The notes beneath the pieces are model-generated. The model saw only the letters and a list, made by a program, of their open reading frames with translations. It searched no databases and was not told the origin of the DNA. A DNA stretch of 58,284 bases, taken from the NCBI GenBank assembly GCA_964610015.1, contig CAZSUM010000001.1:1-58284 (forward strand), read 5' to 3'. The DNA comes from an uncultured Lentisphaeraceae bacterium (lineage in GTDB: Bacteria; Verrucomicrobiota; Kiritimatiellia; RFP12; UBA1067). The translations under genes and the position numbers were made by a program. Below are positions 48,214 to 57,453 of this stretch, piece by piece. The first letter of the stretch is position 1; each line of letters starts with the position of its first letter.

Positions 48214-49215
48214 ATGAAACAGAAGAAACTAAATATGCGTGCTCCCCAAGCAGTAATCATCTCTCTTTTCGTATTTTTTGTGTTTACCCTACAGGTGACG
48301 GCAACCCAATTAGACACCTTTGTTGAACAGACAAAATGGGTTCTCGCTCTCGACCTTAAAGCGGTGTATGCCTCCCCGCTTCTTAAGTTTGTTGCCCAAC
48401 AATTCGATACAGGGAAACAGCTACAATCGGAACATCAAATCGAGACCTTTGATGCGATGTTCGGCTTCAATCTTAAAAGAGATCTTAATCAAGTTGTAAT
48501 TTCTGGTACAGGGAATGCGGAACAAGGCTTTGTCGCCTATGTCTATGGTCGTTTCGATATTCAACGGATTAAGATGTTTCTGAGTCGTATCAACGGACAG
48601 ATCAGTTCTAACTATCATGGCGTCGTGATTTATGACTGGCATGATGAAAAAGAAGATGATCGCAGATGTCTGGCTTTCCCTCGGGAAGGACTTGCGCTTT
48701 TTTCAAATCAGATCGGGCCGTTGACCAATGCGCTTGACGTTTTGAAGAAGCAACAGACAGGCCTCAGTCCGGACACAGCACTCTCAAAAGCGGTTCAGGC
48801 AACACAAGGAGATATCCTCTCGCTACAGGCTGTTGATATCTCCTCCATTGTCGGTAGTGCCATTAAAACCCCAGTACTCCAACAAGCACAGGCTCTCTTA
48901 CTGCGCATCAGAGAGCCGGATGCTCAAACGATGCAAGCATCCCTGCTCGTTTCGACCCAAGATGAACAGACCGCAATACAGATTCAACAGGCACTGACTG
49001 GTTTTCAAGCTTTGGCTTTCTTGCGAGCCTCTCAGGAACCTGAAGCCGCTATTCTAGCATCACAACTAGTCATCACTCGCAAAACAAAGGATGTTCAAGT
49101 AAATGTAAAGTTGCCTAAAGCGCACCTTCAAGAGCTCTTGCAGAAACGCAGTGCTCGCCTCGCTCATCAACAACCGAATGAGCATGCGGAGACAAAACTG
49201 GAGTCAACTCCCTAA
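48214..49215 (+). CDS. hypothetical secreted protein
   Basis: ORF with a signal-like segment MRAPQAVIISLFVFFVFTLQVTATQ. No family recognised. The start is ambiguous (48214 or 48235). Confidence 0.5.
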   Translation: MKQKKLNMRAPQAVIISLFVFFVFTLQVTATQLDTFVEQTKWVLALDLKAVYASPLLKFVAQQFDTGKQLQSEHQIETFDAMFGFNLKRDLNQVVISGTGNAEQGFVAYVYGRFDIQRIKMFLSRINGQISSNYHGVVIYDWHDEKEDDRRCLAFPREGLALFSNQIGPLTNALDVLKKQQTGLSPDTALSKAVQATQGDILSLQAVDISSIVGSAIKTPVLQQAQALLLRIREPDAQTMQASLLVSTQDEQTAIQIQQALTGFQALAFLRASQEPEAAILASQLVITRKTKDVQVNVKLPKAHLQELLQKRSARLAHQQPNEHAETKLESTP

Positions 49216-49247
49216 CAGAAAGAGCGGACTTTTTGCCGAGTCGCTTG

Positions 49248-51968
49248 TTAAACAAAAAGCGTATTCATCCGCTTCAGAAGCTCACTCCGCGTCTCTACGC
49301 GCAACAGAGGACAGGGAAGACTCTTTCTAAAAGTTGCACCGTAATTTTTGGTAAATACCCGTGGGTCAGCAATGATAACAACACCTTTATCAGTCTGCGT
49401 CCGAATGAGTCGACCAAAGCCTTGCCGGAAACGTATCACGGCCTGCGGCATGGTGAAGTCATAAAAAGCATTTCCACCCTTTAAGGTTATCTGCTCACAA
49501 CGCGCTTCAATAATCGGGTCGCCAACTACCGCAAAAGGAAGGCGTGCCATCACAACACAACTCAAGGCCTCTCCAGCCACATCAACGCCCTCCCAGAAAG
49601 AATGGGTTCCAAGAAGCACACACGCATCACCTGAGCGAAAGTCTTGTGTAATCTGATCACGCGTGCCATTAACACCATGCACCAGAAGCCGAATACCCGC
49701 TTCCTGAAGAGGAGCCTCTAGCAAGCGGGCTACTTGATTCATCATTTCGTAGCTTGTAAACAATCCCATCGCACGTCCGCGCGTTTGAAGAAAGACATCG
49801 AGCATCAACCCGCTAAGTTGCTCCGTATATCCCCCCCCCTTCGCAACCATCGGTTGTGGTAAAAAGGTTGCGGCCAACGCCGCACATTGCGTTAAATAGT
49901 TAAAAGGGCTCTCCGCTACACAAGTTACACACCGCCCCTGCTCAATCAAATTAATCCCGAGCCGGTCAGAAATAAAACGGAAGGACGACCCAACACGCAA
50001 TGTTGCGGAGCAGAACACCACTGAAGATTTTTTTTGATAGAGTAATTCGGCCAAGGCACTCGCAATTTTTAAAGGTGCGGCAAACAGTCTGACTGTTGTG
50101 GCACTGCGACTCATTGGCTCCACCCAAAAGACATGGTCTGCATCTGAAGCTCTTAAGACAAAATCAATATCCATCCCAAAGTCACGAAGTAAAGTGGCGG
50201 CTCCTTCAACATTTGCAGCTTGATCACCATATAAAGGCAGTTCTTGTGCGGCACAAAGTCGCAAGGCTTCTGCTAGTTCATTTAAATCCGCTGAAACGCA
50301 GGCAAGCTTCTGCTTAAACTCCGTGCGGACAACCTCTAAATCAGCCTCGGACCAACACGCTGCACACGGGCAAAAGGCGCGCTCACGAAAAACCTCACGA
50401 ACGAGAACGGATTCTGCTGTAGACACCCTCTGAATACAGCGGAAACGCGTTGGATCTTTCGGTGTCACCAGCAACCCATGAAGTAACTCGAAAAACCGTC
50501 GTGCACAAATTTGCGTTTCTTCAATTTCGTTTTTGATCTTTCGAACTCGTTGCTGTAAATCACGCGCAGTCTCTTCATCTGTTGTAATGGCTCCTTTGAG
50601 CAAGTGATGACGGAGCACTTCCAAAACCCCGCCGACACTTCGCCCTCTTCCTCGACTCAACCTCCGAAGGAGTTGATTGAGACGTGCCTGAGACACCTCA
50701 ATCGAAAGGTGTCGAGTGGCCACCTCTTCCAGATTATGTGCTTCATCAAAAACAATTTGCGTATACGGCGGCAAGGTCGATCCCGGCGATTGGGCTTCCG
50801 AAAAGACCAGGGCATGATTTGCGACAATGACATGTGCTCGCGCCGCACGTGATCGAGCTTTTTGTAGAAAGCACCGCGTGTAAAAGCGGCACGATCGCCC
50901 TGAACACTCCTCGCCTGTCGAAACGAGTTTTGACAGAAAGGACGCATCCGCATGACCGCGGCCTGCAAAGGTGTCAAGGTCGCCATCTGCCGATTGTACT
51001 ACCCACGCCACAACATCCGCAAAGAGCCGCAACTCCGGTCTTTCTAATTCATACTGGGCGTGCTCGAGCAGGATAGCCAAACGCCGCAGACAGAAGTAAT
51101 TGGTTCGTCCCTTCAACAATGCCACGCGCAACAATCCAGCCTCAGCACTCCCAAACTCATTCTGAATCGCTTCACGTACAAGCGGTAGATCTTTTTCAAT
51201 TAACTGCGATTGCAGATTACGTGTGTTGGTGCTAACCACAACAGGTACATCATTGAGACGTGCCCATGCAGCAACAGGAATCAGATACGCCAGGCTTTTG
51301 CCAACACCCGTCCCGGCTTCTACTAAAAGATGGTGCGATTCATTAAACGCGTTCACCACGGCCCGCACCATGGTCACCTGTCCCTCACGCGATTCATACC
51401 CCGGCATCATTCGTGAAAAGGTTCCGCCAGGTAGTAAATGCGAGGCAAGCCGTTGCTCATCTAGAGGTGTGCAATCCTCGTGAGTTGGCAACTGACGCTT
51501 CTCACTACGCATATGTTCAGCTGGAAAAGTCTCACGCCATGCACCACACCCACTCCATGAAAGACGCACCCGCTCTGCAAACCGGCCAATTAGTTTAGCC
51601 AATGCCAGTTCATCAAGATCTCGGAAAAGGAGTTCCAAGGTTTCAAGAGCCCAGAGCGGAAACGCCACAAGACGCGCATCCACTTTTTGCCAAACCTGCC
51701 AAAGCGCTTCTGCGCCTGTTTCGTGCTCACCAAAAAGCTGTTCAACGCGTTCAATCCGCTGAAAACTCAGCGCAAGGCTTACTAAAGCCATCGCATCAAC
51801 CACCACAGCCTGTTTCTCTGTTCCGAGCGTCAACAATGCTGAGGGATCATTGGTAATTAAAAACGTTTGCTTCGCTATGGACGAAGTCGTTTCCGACGGA
51901 GGATATACCTCAAAGGCAATCGGTTGATGTGGTATGCGTGTAACCCAGACTGTGCGAAAGCAGAACAT
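49248..51968 (-). CDS. dinG: DinG/XPD-family Fe-S DNA helicase with about 180-aa N-terminal extension
   Basis: VEAGTGVGKSLAYLIP Walker A, IVFDEAHNLEE DEAH box, Cys cluster CLRR...CSGRSCRFYTRC, C-terminal FWEGVDV, FRQGFGRLIR. Confidence 0.85.
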   Translation of the reverse strand: MFCFRTVWVTRIPHQPIAFEVYPPSETTSSIAKQTFLITNDPSALLTLGTEKQAVVVDAMALVSLALSFQRIERVEQLFGEHETGAEALWQVWQKVDARLVAFPLWALETLELLFRDLDELALAKLIGRFAERVRLSWSGCGAWRETFPAEHMRSEKRQLPTHEDCTPLDEQRLASHLLPGGTFSRMMPGYESREGQVTMVRAVVNAFNESHHLLVEAGTGVGKSLAYLIPVAAWARLNDVPVVVSTNTRNLQSQLIEKDLPLVREAIQNEFGSAEAGLLRVALLKGRTNYFCLRRLAILLEHAQYELERPELRLFADVVAWVVQSADGDLDTFAGRGHADASFLSKLVSTGEECSGRSCRFYTRCFLQKARSRAARAHVIVANHALVFSEAQSPGSTLPPYTQIVFDEAHNLEEVATRHLSIEVSQARLNQLLRRLSRGRGRSVGGVLEVLRHHLLKGAITTDEETARDLQQRVRKIKNEIEETQICARRFFELLHGLLVTPKDPTRFRCIQRVSTAESVLVREVFRERAFCPCAACWSEADLEVVRTEFKQKLACVSADLNELAEALRLCAAQELPLYGDQAANVEGAATLLRDFGMDIDFVLRASDADHVFWVEPMSRSATTVRLFAAPLKIASALAELLYQKKSSVVFCSATLRVGSSFRFISDRLGINLIEQGRCVTCVAESPFNYLTQCAALAATFLPQPMVAKGGGYTEQLSGLMLDVFLQTRGRAMGLFTSYEMMNQVARLLEAPLQEAGIRLLVHGVNGTRDQITQDFRSGDACVLLGTHSFWEGVDVAGEALSCVVMARLPFAVVGDPIIEARCEQITLKGGNAFYDFTMPQAVIRFRQGFGRLIRTQTDKGVVIIADPRVFTKNYGATFRKSLPCPLLRVETRSELLKRMNTLFV

Positions 51969-51995
51969 CTTGTTTCTTGTCCGGAAACCGCTCCG

Positions 51996-52871
51996 CTATT
52001 TGCCCATATCAAAAAGTTTTAGACATCGCCTAAAATCAGCGGGTAGCGGACTATGCGCTTTGAGCGTTTTTCCAGGTTGTAACGGGTGCGGCAACTCGAG
52101 GCCGCACGCATGCAACATCTGACGAGGCACGGTTAGCAAACGTGGATCACGTGCGATTTTCAGCCCATGTTCACGATCACCTAGAACTGGATGACGAATC
52201 GCAGCCAGATGACGACGTATCTGATGGGTACGGCCCGTCTCAATCTTGACTTTTAAAAAAGAAGCATCTTTCGATAGCGCTTCACGTTGGATATGACTCA
52301 CCGCACGTTCACCATCCAACTCCTGATTCAGCGTTGAAGCAGAACGCTCATATCTCCCTGATACAATGACCTGATACAATTTGGTTACGCGACGGGTCTT
52401 AAACATGGCAACAGCTGCTTCAAATGCTTCAAGATGTTTAGCCACAAGCAGACATCCCGTGGTATCGCGATCAAGTCGATGTACGGCCTTTAAATGATTA
52501 AGCCCTGTTTGTTGTTTCAAACATTCTTCGAGACTCCCCTCACCAACAGAGAGCAGTGCCGATGGTTTATCAACAATCAGGTAATCCTCATCCTCTATGA
52601 GCACTCGAATACGAACGACAGGTGCAGATCCCTCTTGTTTCTGATTTTTCACAACCGAAGAGGGGACCTCCACCGTATCGCCTTGATGAAGCGCATGGTG
52701 CGTCATCCACACACACCGCCGATTGACCCAAACCGATCGTGAATCAAGCAGGGTTTTGGCAACCCGCTTGGATAACGATAATTTCGCTGAAAGAAAAACC
52801 TGGAGCGACTGCCCAGATTCTACACGCGAAACAACAAATGACAACACCGTCCCACGATTCATAATCACCAA
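51996..52871 (-). CDS. RluA-family pseudouridine synthase with S4 domain
   Basis: HRLDRDTTGCLLVAK, LYQVIVSG and TGRTHQIRRHLA motifs. TTG 52871 or ATG 52862 as start. Confidence 0.8.
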   Translation of the reverse strand: MVIMNRGTVLSFVVSRVESGQSLQVFLSAKLSLSKRVAKTLLDSRSVWVNRRCVWMTHHALHQGDTVEVPSSVVKNQKQEGSAPVVRIRVLIEDEDYLIVDKPSALLSVGEGSLEECLKQQTGLNHLKAVHRLDRDTTGCLLVAKHLEAFEAAVAMFKTRRVTKLYQVIVSGRYERSASTLNQELDGERAVSHIQREALSKDASFLKVKIETGRTHQIRRHLAAIRHPVLGDREHGLKIARDPRLLTVPRQMLHACGLELPHPLQPGKTLKAHSPLPADFRRCLKLFDMGK

Positions 52872-52893
52872 AAACTTTCATCAGGCCGCAAGA

Positions 52894-53613
52894 TCAAACA
52901 TTAAGCAGCGAGCCAACAACACCCGAAATTTTATCTTTACCTTCTCGATCCGGAGCCAGTTCAATGTCCACCTCGAGCATTTCCTCGGTTTCTCCGTGTG
53001 CTGCAATTCTGCAGGAAATCTGTTCACCCGAAAGCGCGCGATCAAAAAAACCCGGCAACGGTTCGTCAGGCATCAACGATTCAAAGGAACGCCCTAAAAC
53101 TTCACTTTCATCTTTAAGATCAAACATCGCCAGAAATGCACGATTAACAATTCGGAATAAACGATCTCGATCACAGATGAAACAAGCGCTCTGAGCATTA
53201 TCAAAGGCATTTGACTTACTGCGCATATACTGCCACTGCCTGCGCCGCCGCTCTGTATCTCGAACAGTAAAGACCAGATCACCACTGTTAATCAGATCAA
53301 TGATACTAATTGTCACTTCGGCAGCGAAAATAGAACCATCCTGCCGCTGACACTTGGCGTCGAGCATGATATGCCGAGAATCCTCAATGCCCTTACGAAT
53401 GCGGCCCACGATTTGGGCTGTGACTCCGGGAATCAATATCGACACAGGTTTATCCCAAAGTTCCTCGCACTTAAATTGAAAGTACTCTACAGCACGCGGA
53501 TTGAGCTCGATCACATGCCCATTAGGATCGGTCACAACAAGAGCATCATACATACCAGCAACAAGTTGCCGATATAACGATTTATGATCTTGTCGCGCGC
53601 AAATGGATGTCAT
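52894..53613 (-). CDS. tandem PAS-domain protein without output domain
   Basis: Two PAS-like modules (YDALVVTDPNGHVIELNPRAVEYF... and FICDRDRLFRIVNRAFLAMF...). 239 aa. Confidence 0.65.
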   Translation of the reverse strand: MTSICARQDHKSLYRQLVAGMYDALVVTDPNGHVIELNPRAVEYFQFKCEELWDKPVSILIPGVTAQIVGRIRKGIEDSRHIMLDAKCQRQDGSIFAAEVTISIIDLINSGDLVFTVRDTERRRRQWQYMRSKSNAFDNAQSACFICDRDRLFRIVNRAFLAMFDLKDESEVLGRSFESLMPDEPLPGFFDRALSGEQISCRIAAHGETEEMLEVDIELAPDREGKDKISGVVGSLLNV

Positions 53614-53744
53614 CTGTGCCCCCCCTCAAAACTCTTAAATAGATCTCTGCGCGATTCACGCAAAAAATCCTCAAGAACAATGTGTAATATGACATCTTTA
53701 GCACGATTCTGCAATTCTTGATTTTGCATAAAATGAACTCGCAT
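53610..53744 (-). CDS. 44-aa hypothetical protein translationally coupled to the PAS gene
   Basis: Strong SD AAAGGAGG 5 nt before ATG 53744. The stop overlaps the PAS start (ATGA at 53610-53613). Confidence 0.45.
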   Translation of the reverse strand: MRVHFMQNQELQNRAKDVILHIVLEDFLRESRRDLFKSFEGGHR

Positions 53745-53793
53745 GTTGGCCTCCTTTCGTAGTAAGATAATTTTCAATTTTTGCGGAGGTTTT

Positions 53794-54051
53794 ATGGACG
53801 AATCCACGAACGACACCACCTTTATTTCTTTTATTTGTGAAGCCTGCAATCAGGAAATAGAAGCATCGGCGGACATGGCTGGCAAAGAGACGGAGTGCCC
53901 CGCCTGTGGCATTTCGTTGACAGTTCCCTATATTTCTACTCCAGGCACACTTTGGGGCGGTCCGCTCACGGATAAGACTGGGCCCTCTCAAGCACAGAAG
54001 GAAGCGATGAAAAGTCGAACCATTCGTATTGAACTTCCGGATAATTGGTAA
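53794..54051 (+). CDS. small zinc-ribbon protein (CxxC...CxxC)
   Basis: GGAGG SD before ATG 53794. FICEACNQEIEA...TECPACGISLTVP. Confidence 0.55.
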   Translation: MDESTNDTTFISFICEACNQEIEASADMAGKETECPACGISLTVPYISTPGTLWGGPLTDKTGPSQAQKEAMKSRTIRIELPDNW

Positions 54052-54058
54052 AGGGTTC

Positions 54059-55231
54059 ATGGCTCGAATTCTGTTTATTACCACCAAGCCTTACTATCCT
54101 TGGGAAGGCGCTTGTCATCGGACTCGGCATACACTTGAAGCCCTCGTTACGCTTGGTTATCCCGTTGATTTATTGACGCCACCGACTTGCCACCTGCCTT
54201 CTCAGATGGGCATTTCAGTCGTGCCGTTACGACAGGGGCTTCTCACTAGATTGCTACCCAAGGATAGCGAGTGCTGCCAATTCTTGCGTGATTTGCGTCT
54301 GTTATGCAACACCCTCTGTCTAGTAGGGAAAAACCCTTATGACCTCATTCATGGCGTCGATACTGGTGGTATCATTGCGTGGCTTACAGCACGTTTGACT
54401 AAGATTCCCTACATTTTTGAACAGACCACAACGTGTTTCGAAGATGATGCCAAAACATCGCGCCATATGCTACGCACGTTTTATCGAACGTTAACTCGAA
54501 AAGCCTTGTCGCAGGCGGATGCAGTCATCGGCAATAGCACGGATGTGCTCGATATCGCGACTCCCTTAGGACGCCGAAGTCGCACATGCGTTATCCCTGA
54601 TATTCCGGCAATCGCAGAAGCGGTTTCGACGCCTACATTCAATTTGGCACAAGCGCGTTACCGAACCTCATCTAATCAAAAACTTGTGACCTGTGTCGGA
54701 TCCTATACACAATTTCAAGGACTTGATCTTTTTTTCAATGCACTCCCGCGTCTACTGACAAACCATCCCAATACTCGGATCGTGGTGGTTGGAGGTAGCG
54801 AACGAGAAATTACGCGAATGCGCCATGCTTTAAAAGATGCTGGACTTGATGAGGTGGTTTGCTTCCCGGGGAGAATCCCAACCTCCGAATTGGCGGCGCT
54901 GTTAGCGATTTCAAATGTGTTGGTCTCTGCTCGTCGCGCAGGCACCACGCCACCGATTAAAGTCCTAGATTATCTCTATTCAGAAACGCCGATTGTGGCG
55001 ATTGATACGCCCGCTAACCGAAGCATCCTCTCTAGCGATAATGCTATTCTCACCCGCCCAACGCCAGAAGATCTTGCTGATGGAATCATCAAAGTGCTAC
55101 GAACATCACCACGACGTTGTCTTGAATTAGCCAAGCATGGCCGTACGACGCTCAAACAAGCACAACGAACTCCTGAAGCGTTCTGTTCTGCGATTGAACG
55201 ATGTTACACCTATGTCCTCTCAACAACCTGA
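54059..55231 (+). CDS. GT-B fold glycosyltransferase (GT4-like)
   Basis: N-terminus MARILFITTKPYYPWEG. The C-terminal half has VVVGGSERE...FPGRIP...ELAALLAISNVLVS, typical of the Glycos_transf_1 family. Confidence 0.8.
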   Translation: MARILFITTKPYYPWEGACHRTRHTLEALVTLGYPVDLLTPPTCHLPSQMGISVVPLRQGLLTRLLPKDSECCQFLRDLRLLCNTLCLVGKNPYDLIHGVDTGGIIAWLTARLTKIPYIFEQTTTCFEDDAKTSRHMLRTFYRTLTRKALSQADAVIGNSTDVLDIATPLGRRSRTCVIPDIPAIAEAVSTPTFNLAQARYRTSSNQKLVTCVGSYTQFQGLDLFFNALPRLLTNHPNTRIVVVGGSEREITRMRHALKDAGLDEVVCFPGRIPTSELAALLAISNVLVSARRAGTTPPIKVLDYLYSETPIVAIDTPANRSILSSDNAILTRPTPEDLADGIIKVLRTSPRRCLELAKHGRTTLKQAQRTPEAFCSAIERCYTYVLSTT

Positions 55232-55247
55232 TTGAGGGCTCCACACC

Positions 55248-56255
55248 ATGCGACGCCGTCGGTCTTTCAAACGTCTCAATTATTATATCATCGCAATCAT
55301 TCTTTTGCTGCTTGCGTTATCCAACTACCAAGCACACCAGCCACGCGAACGCTTTCGAAAACAACTCGCCAGCCTCCCCCCTACCCTCTCTCGACAGATT
55401 GAACAGTTGGGTGATACAAGCGCTGATTTTACCGATGCCTTGGGGCTTACCGGACATGATGTCTCGGTGCTCTCTTCATACAAACCCAATACAAACTCAG
55501 TTTTCTTTGCGGGCATGCCACAACGGCTCTCTCGCTCAACGCTGCCTAATGATCTAAAAATCCTACACAAGACAGGCTTCACCATTGCCTACTCACCCTT
55601 GCTTAAACATGCGGTTTGGGCTGCCTATAAAACGTTTCTGACACCCAATCGTACGCTTCCCCCGCGACCCTCTGGATTTAAACCCGACTCGCAAGCACCG
55701 AATTCACCCAAGCAACAAGACTATACCCATAGCGGATATGATCGCGGCCACCTAGCTCCTAATCTGGCCATCGCCAGATGTTATGGGCGTAGCGCACAAC
55801 TTGAGACCTTTCTCACCTCAAATATCTGTCCACAACGCCCTGGGTTAAATCAAGGCCCGTGGCGTCATCTCGAATATCGTATTTCCGAACTCTGGCCCCA
55901 TCGTTTTGAAACTGTCTGGGTTATTGTCGGATGTATTCCCTCTGCGGATAACAAGCGATTACCTTCTGGCGTGCATATCCCTCAGGCCCTCTACCAAGTT
56001 GTTGTGGCTCAAACGCAAGAAGACAAGATCTTAGCATTTGCCGTATATATGCCACAGCACACGCGTCGTCACACTTTTGCACGTGCAACCCTCGTGTCGA
56101 TTGATGAGATTGAAAAACTTACAGGCATAGATTTTCTTAACGGTCTACCCGAAGAGGTTTCCGCACACCTTGAATCCGTTAGCCCCACACGCCTCTGGCC
56201 CGTGGGGCTAACGGGAGCATTTCGCCTGCTTTGGCAGCGCTATCGCAAATATTAA
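55248..56255 (+). CDS. membrane-anchored DNA/RNA non-specific endonuclease (Serratia NucA family)
   Basis: N-terminal TM YYIIAIILLLLAL. Catalytic YDRGHLAPN and NICPQRPGLNQGPW motifs. Confidence 0.85.
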   Translation: MRRRRSFKRLNYYIIAIILLLLALSNYQAHQPRERFRKQLASLPPTLSRQIEQLGDTSADFTDALGLTGHDVSVLSSYKPNTNSVFFAGMPQRLSRSTLPNDLKILHKTGFTIAYSPLLKHAVWAAYKTFLTPNRTLPPRPSGFKPDSQAPNSPKQQDYTHSGYDRGHLAPNLAIARCYGRSAQLETFLTSNICPQRPGLNQGPWRHLEYRISELWPHRFETVWVIVGCIPSADNKRLPSGVHIPQALYQVVVAQTQEDKILAFAVYMPQHTRRHTFARATLVSIDEIEKLTGIDFLNGLPEEVSAHLESVSPTRLWPVGLTGAFRLLWQRYRKY

Positions 56256-57136
56256 CGCGCCTGATAAAAACGAACGTAATCAATCTCGTAACGTTGCGGA
56301 AAGATGGTTTCATCAACTCCCTTCGCGCCCCCCCAGCCTCCACCAATAGCCAGATTGATCAACAGGTATTGCGGGTTCAGGAAGGCATTTCCTCCCTGAT
56401 TATCTGCCTTTTTAAGAGGAAAACTGTGATAGAGGGTTTCATCATAGTAAAAATCCATACGATCTTTTTTCCACTCCAATGCATAGACGTGAAAATCATC
56501 AGAGGGGGCCTGTCCGATCAGCTTTCCACCTGAAGAAAGGTGCTTTTGATCTGCCTCACTATACCAATGTACATTGGCAAAGACTTTGTCTGGCTCAAAC
56601 CCAACCGCCTCAAGAATGTCGATCTCCCCGCATTTTGGCCAGCCAATCTGATCGATGTTTGTTCCCAGCATCCAAATAGCTGGCCAGACGCCTCGTCCCC
56701 GAGGCAATTTTGCACGAACTTCAACTCGCCCGAATAACAATTCAAAGGATTTCTTTGTCGTTAAACTCGCAGATGTAAAACGCGCTTTTTCTGCTTCATA
56801 CCACTGAGTGGATTCTGGCTTATATTTTGGGTTTTTAAATGCTTCACAATGTGCCTCAATAATTAATCGTCCTGCTTCAACCCGTGCATTATGGCTACGT
56901 TTTTCAGTGTAGTATTGCAACTCCTTATTGCGAATAAAGCCAACTTCATTCATCCACTTAGTAGGATCGGGCAACCCATCCGTGCTAAATTCGTCTGCCC
57001 ATACCAAATGCCACCCATCTCGTTCTTGCGCTATCGCCAGCTGCGTCGAAAGAAAGAGTGCTATGACGCTATTCAACAATACCGGCATGGCCCCCCCCAA
57101 CCCTCTGTTTTTAACTTTTCTTTCAATCATTTTCAT
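56252..57136 (-). CDS. secreted GH16 glycoside hydrolase (beta-glucanase/laminarinase-like)
   Basis: Catalytic GEIDILE (ExDxxE), WPAIWMLG, signal peptide ...MPVLLNSVIALFLSTQLAIAQE. The start is ambiguous (ATG 57136, 57130 or 57157, or TTG 57172). Confidence 0.85.
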   Translation of the reverse strand: MKMIERKVKNRGLGGAMPVLLNSVIALFLSTQLAIAQERDGWHLVWADEFSTDGLPDPTKWMNEVGFIRNKELQYYTEKRSHNARVEAGRLIIEAHCEAFKNPKYKPESTQWYEAEKARFTSASLTTKKSFELLFGRVEVRAKLPRGRGVWPAIWMLGTNIDQIGWPKCGEIDILEAVGFEPDKVFANVHWYSEADQKHLSSGGKLIGQAPSDDFHVYALEWKKDRMDFYYDETLYHSFPLKKADNQGGNAFLNPQYLLINLAIGGGWGGAKGVDETIFPQRYEIDYVRFYQAR

Positions 57137-57453
57137 ATCGTCGTTCCCCAACTTCATGAGCGTGTCGCTCAATCAACTCTTACTTAAGTTAGGTTATATT
57201 TAATGGCCTCGCCAAGCGAGAGTCAAGGCCAATAGCTATTACATTCGCAGCAACGCCATCTTTTTCATTATTTCTAAACTGTCCTTTAAACTATTCAGGA
57301 CGTATTTATATTTGCAGTAGCTAGAAGATCATGATCAACGAGGCATAAAAAATACTAACCAAAAATGACTGTTTGGGTGGCAACACCCTTATAGAAAGGT
57401 TAAACTCTATTCATAAATCTGCCCAACATGAAAAAACTCAACCTGATCGGGAG

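Noticed and set aside
53698-54087. 129-aa minus-strand ORF overlapping the zinc-ribbon gene and the GT start
   Set aside because: It is antisense to an SD-led CxxC...CxxC ORF. The composition is basic and low-complexity, and no ribosome-binding site is present.
49248-56255. Possible defence island (DinG-like helicase, PAS protein, NucA nuclease)
   Set aside because: The genes are separated by housekeeping genes (a pseudouridine synthase and a glycosyltransferase). They lack typical partners such as methylases, Cas genes, TIR/SIR2 domains or toxin-antitoxin pairs. The nuclease looks extracellular, and there are no mobile-element hallmarks.
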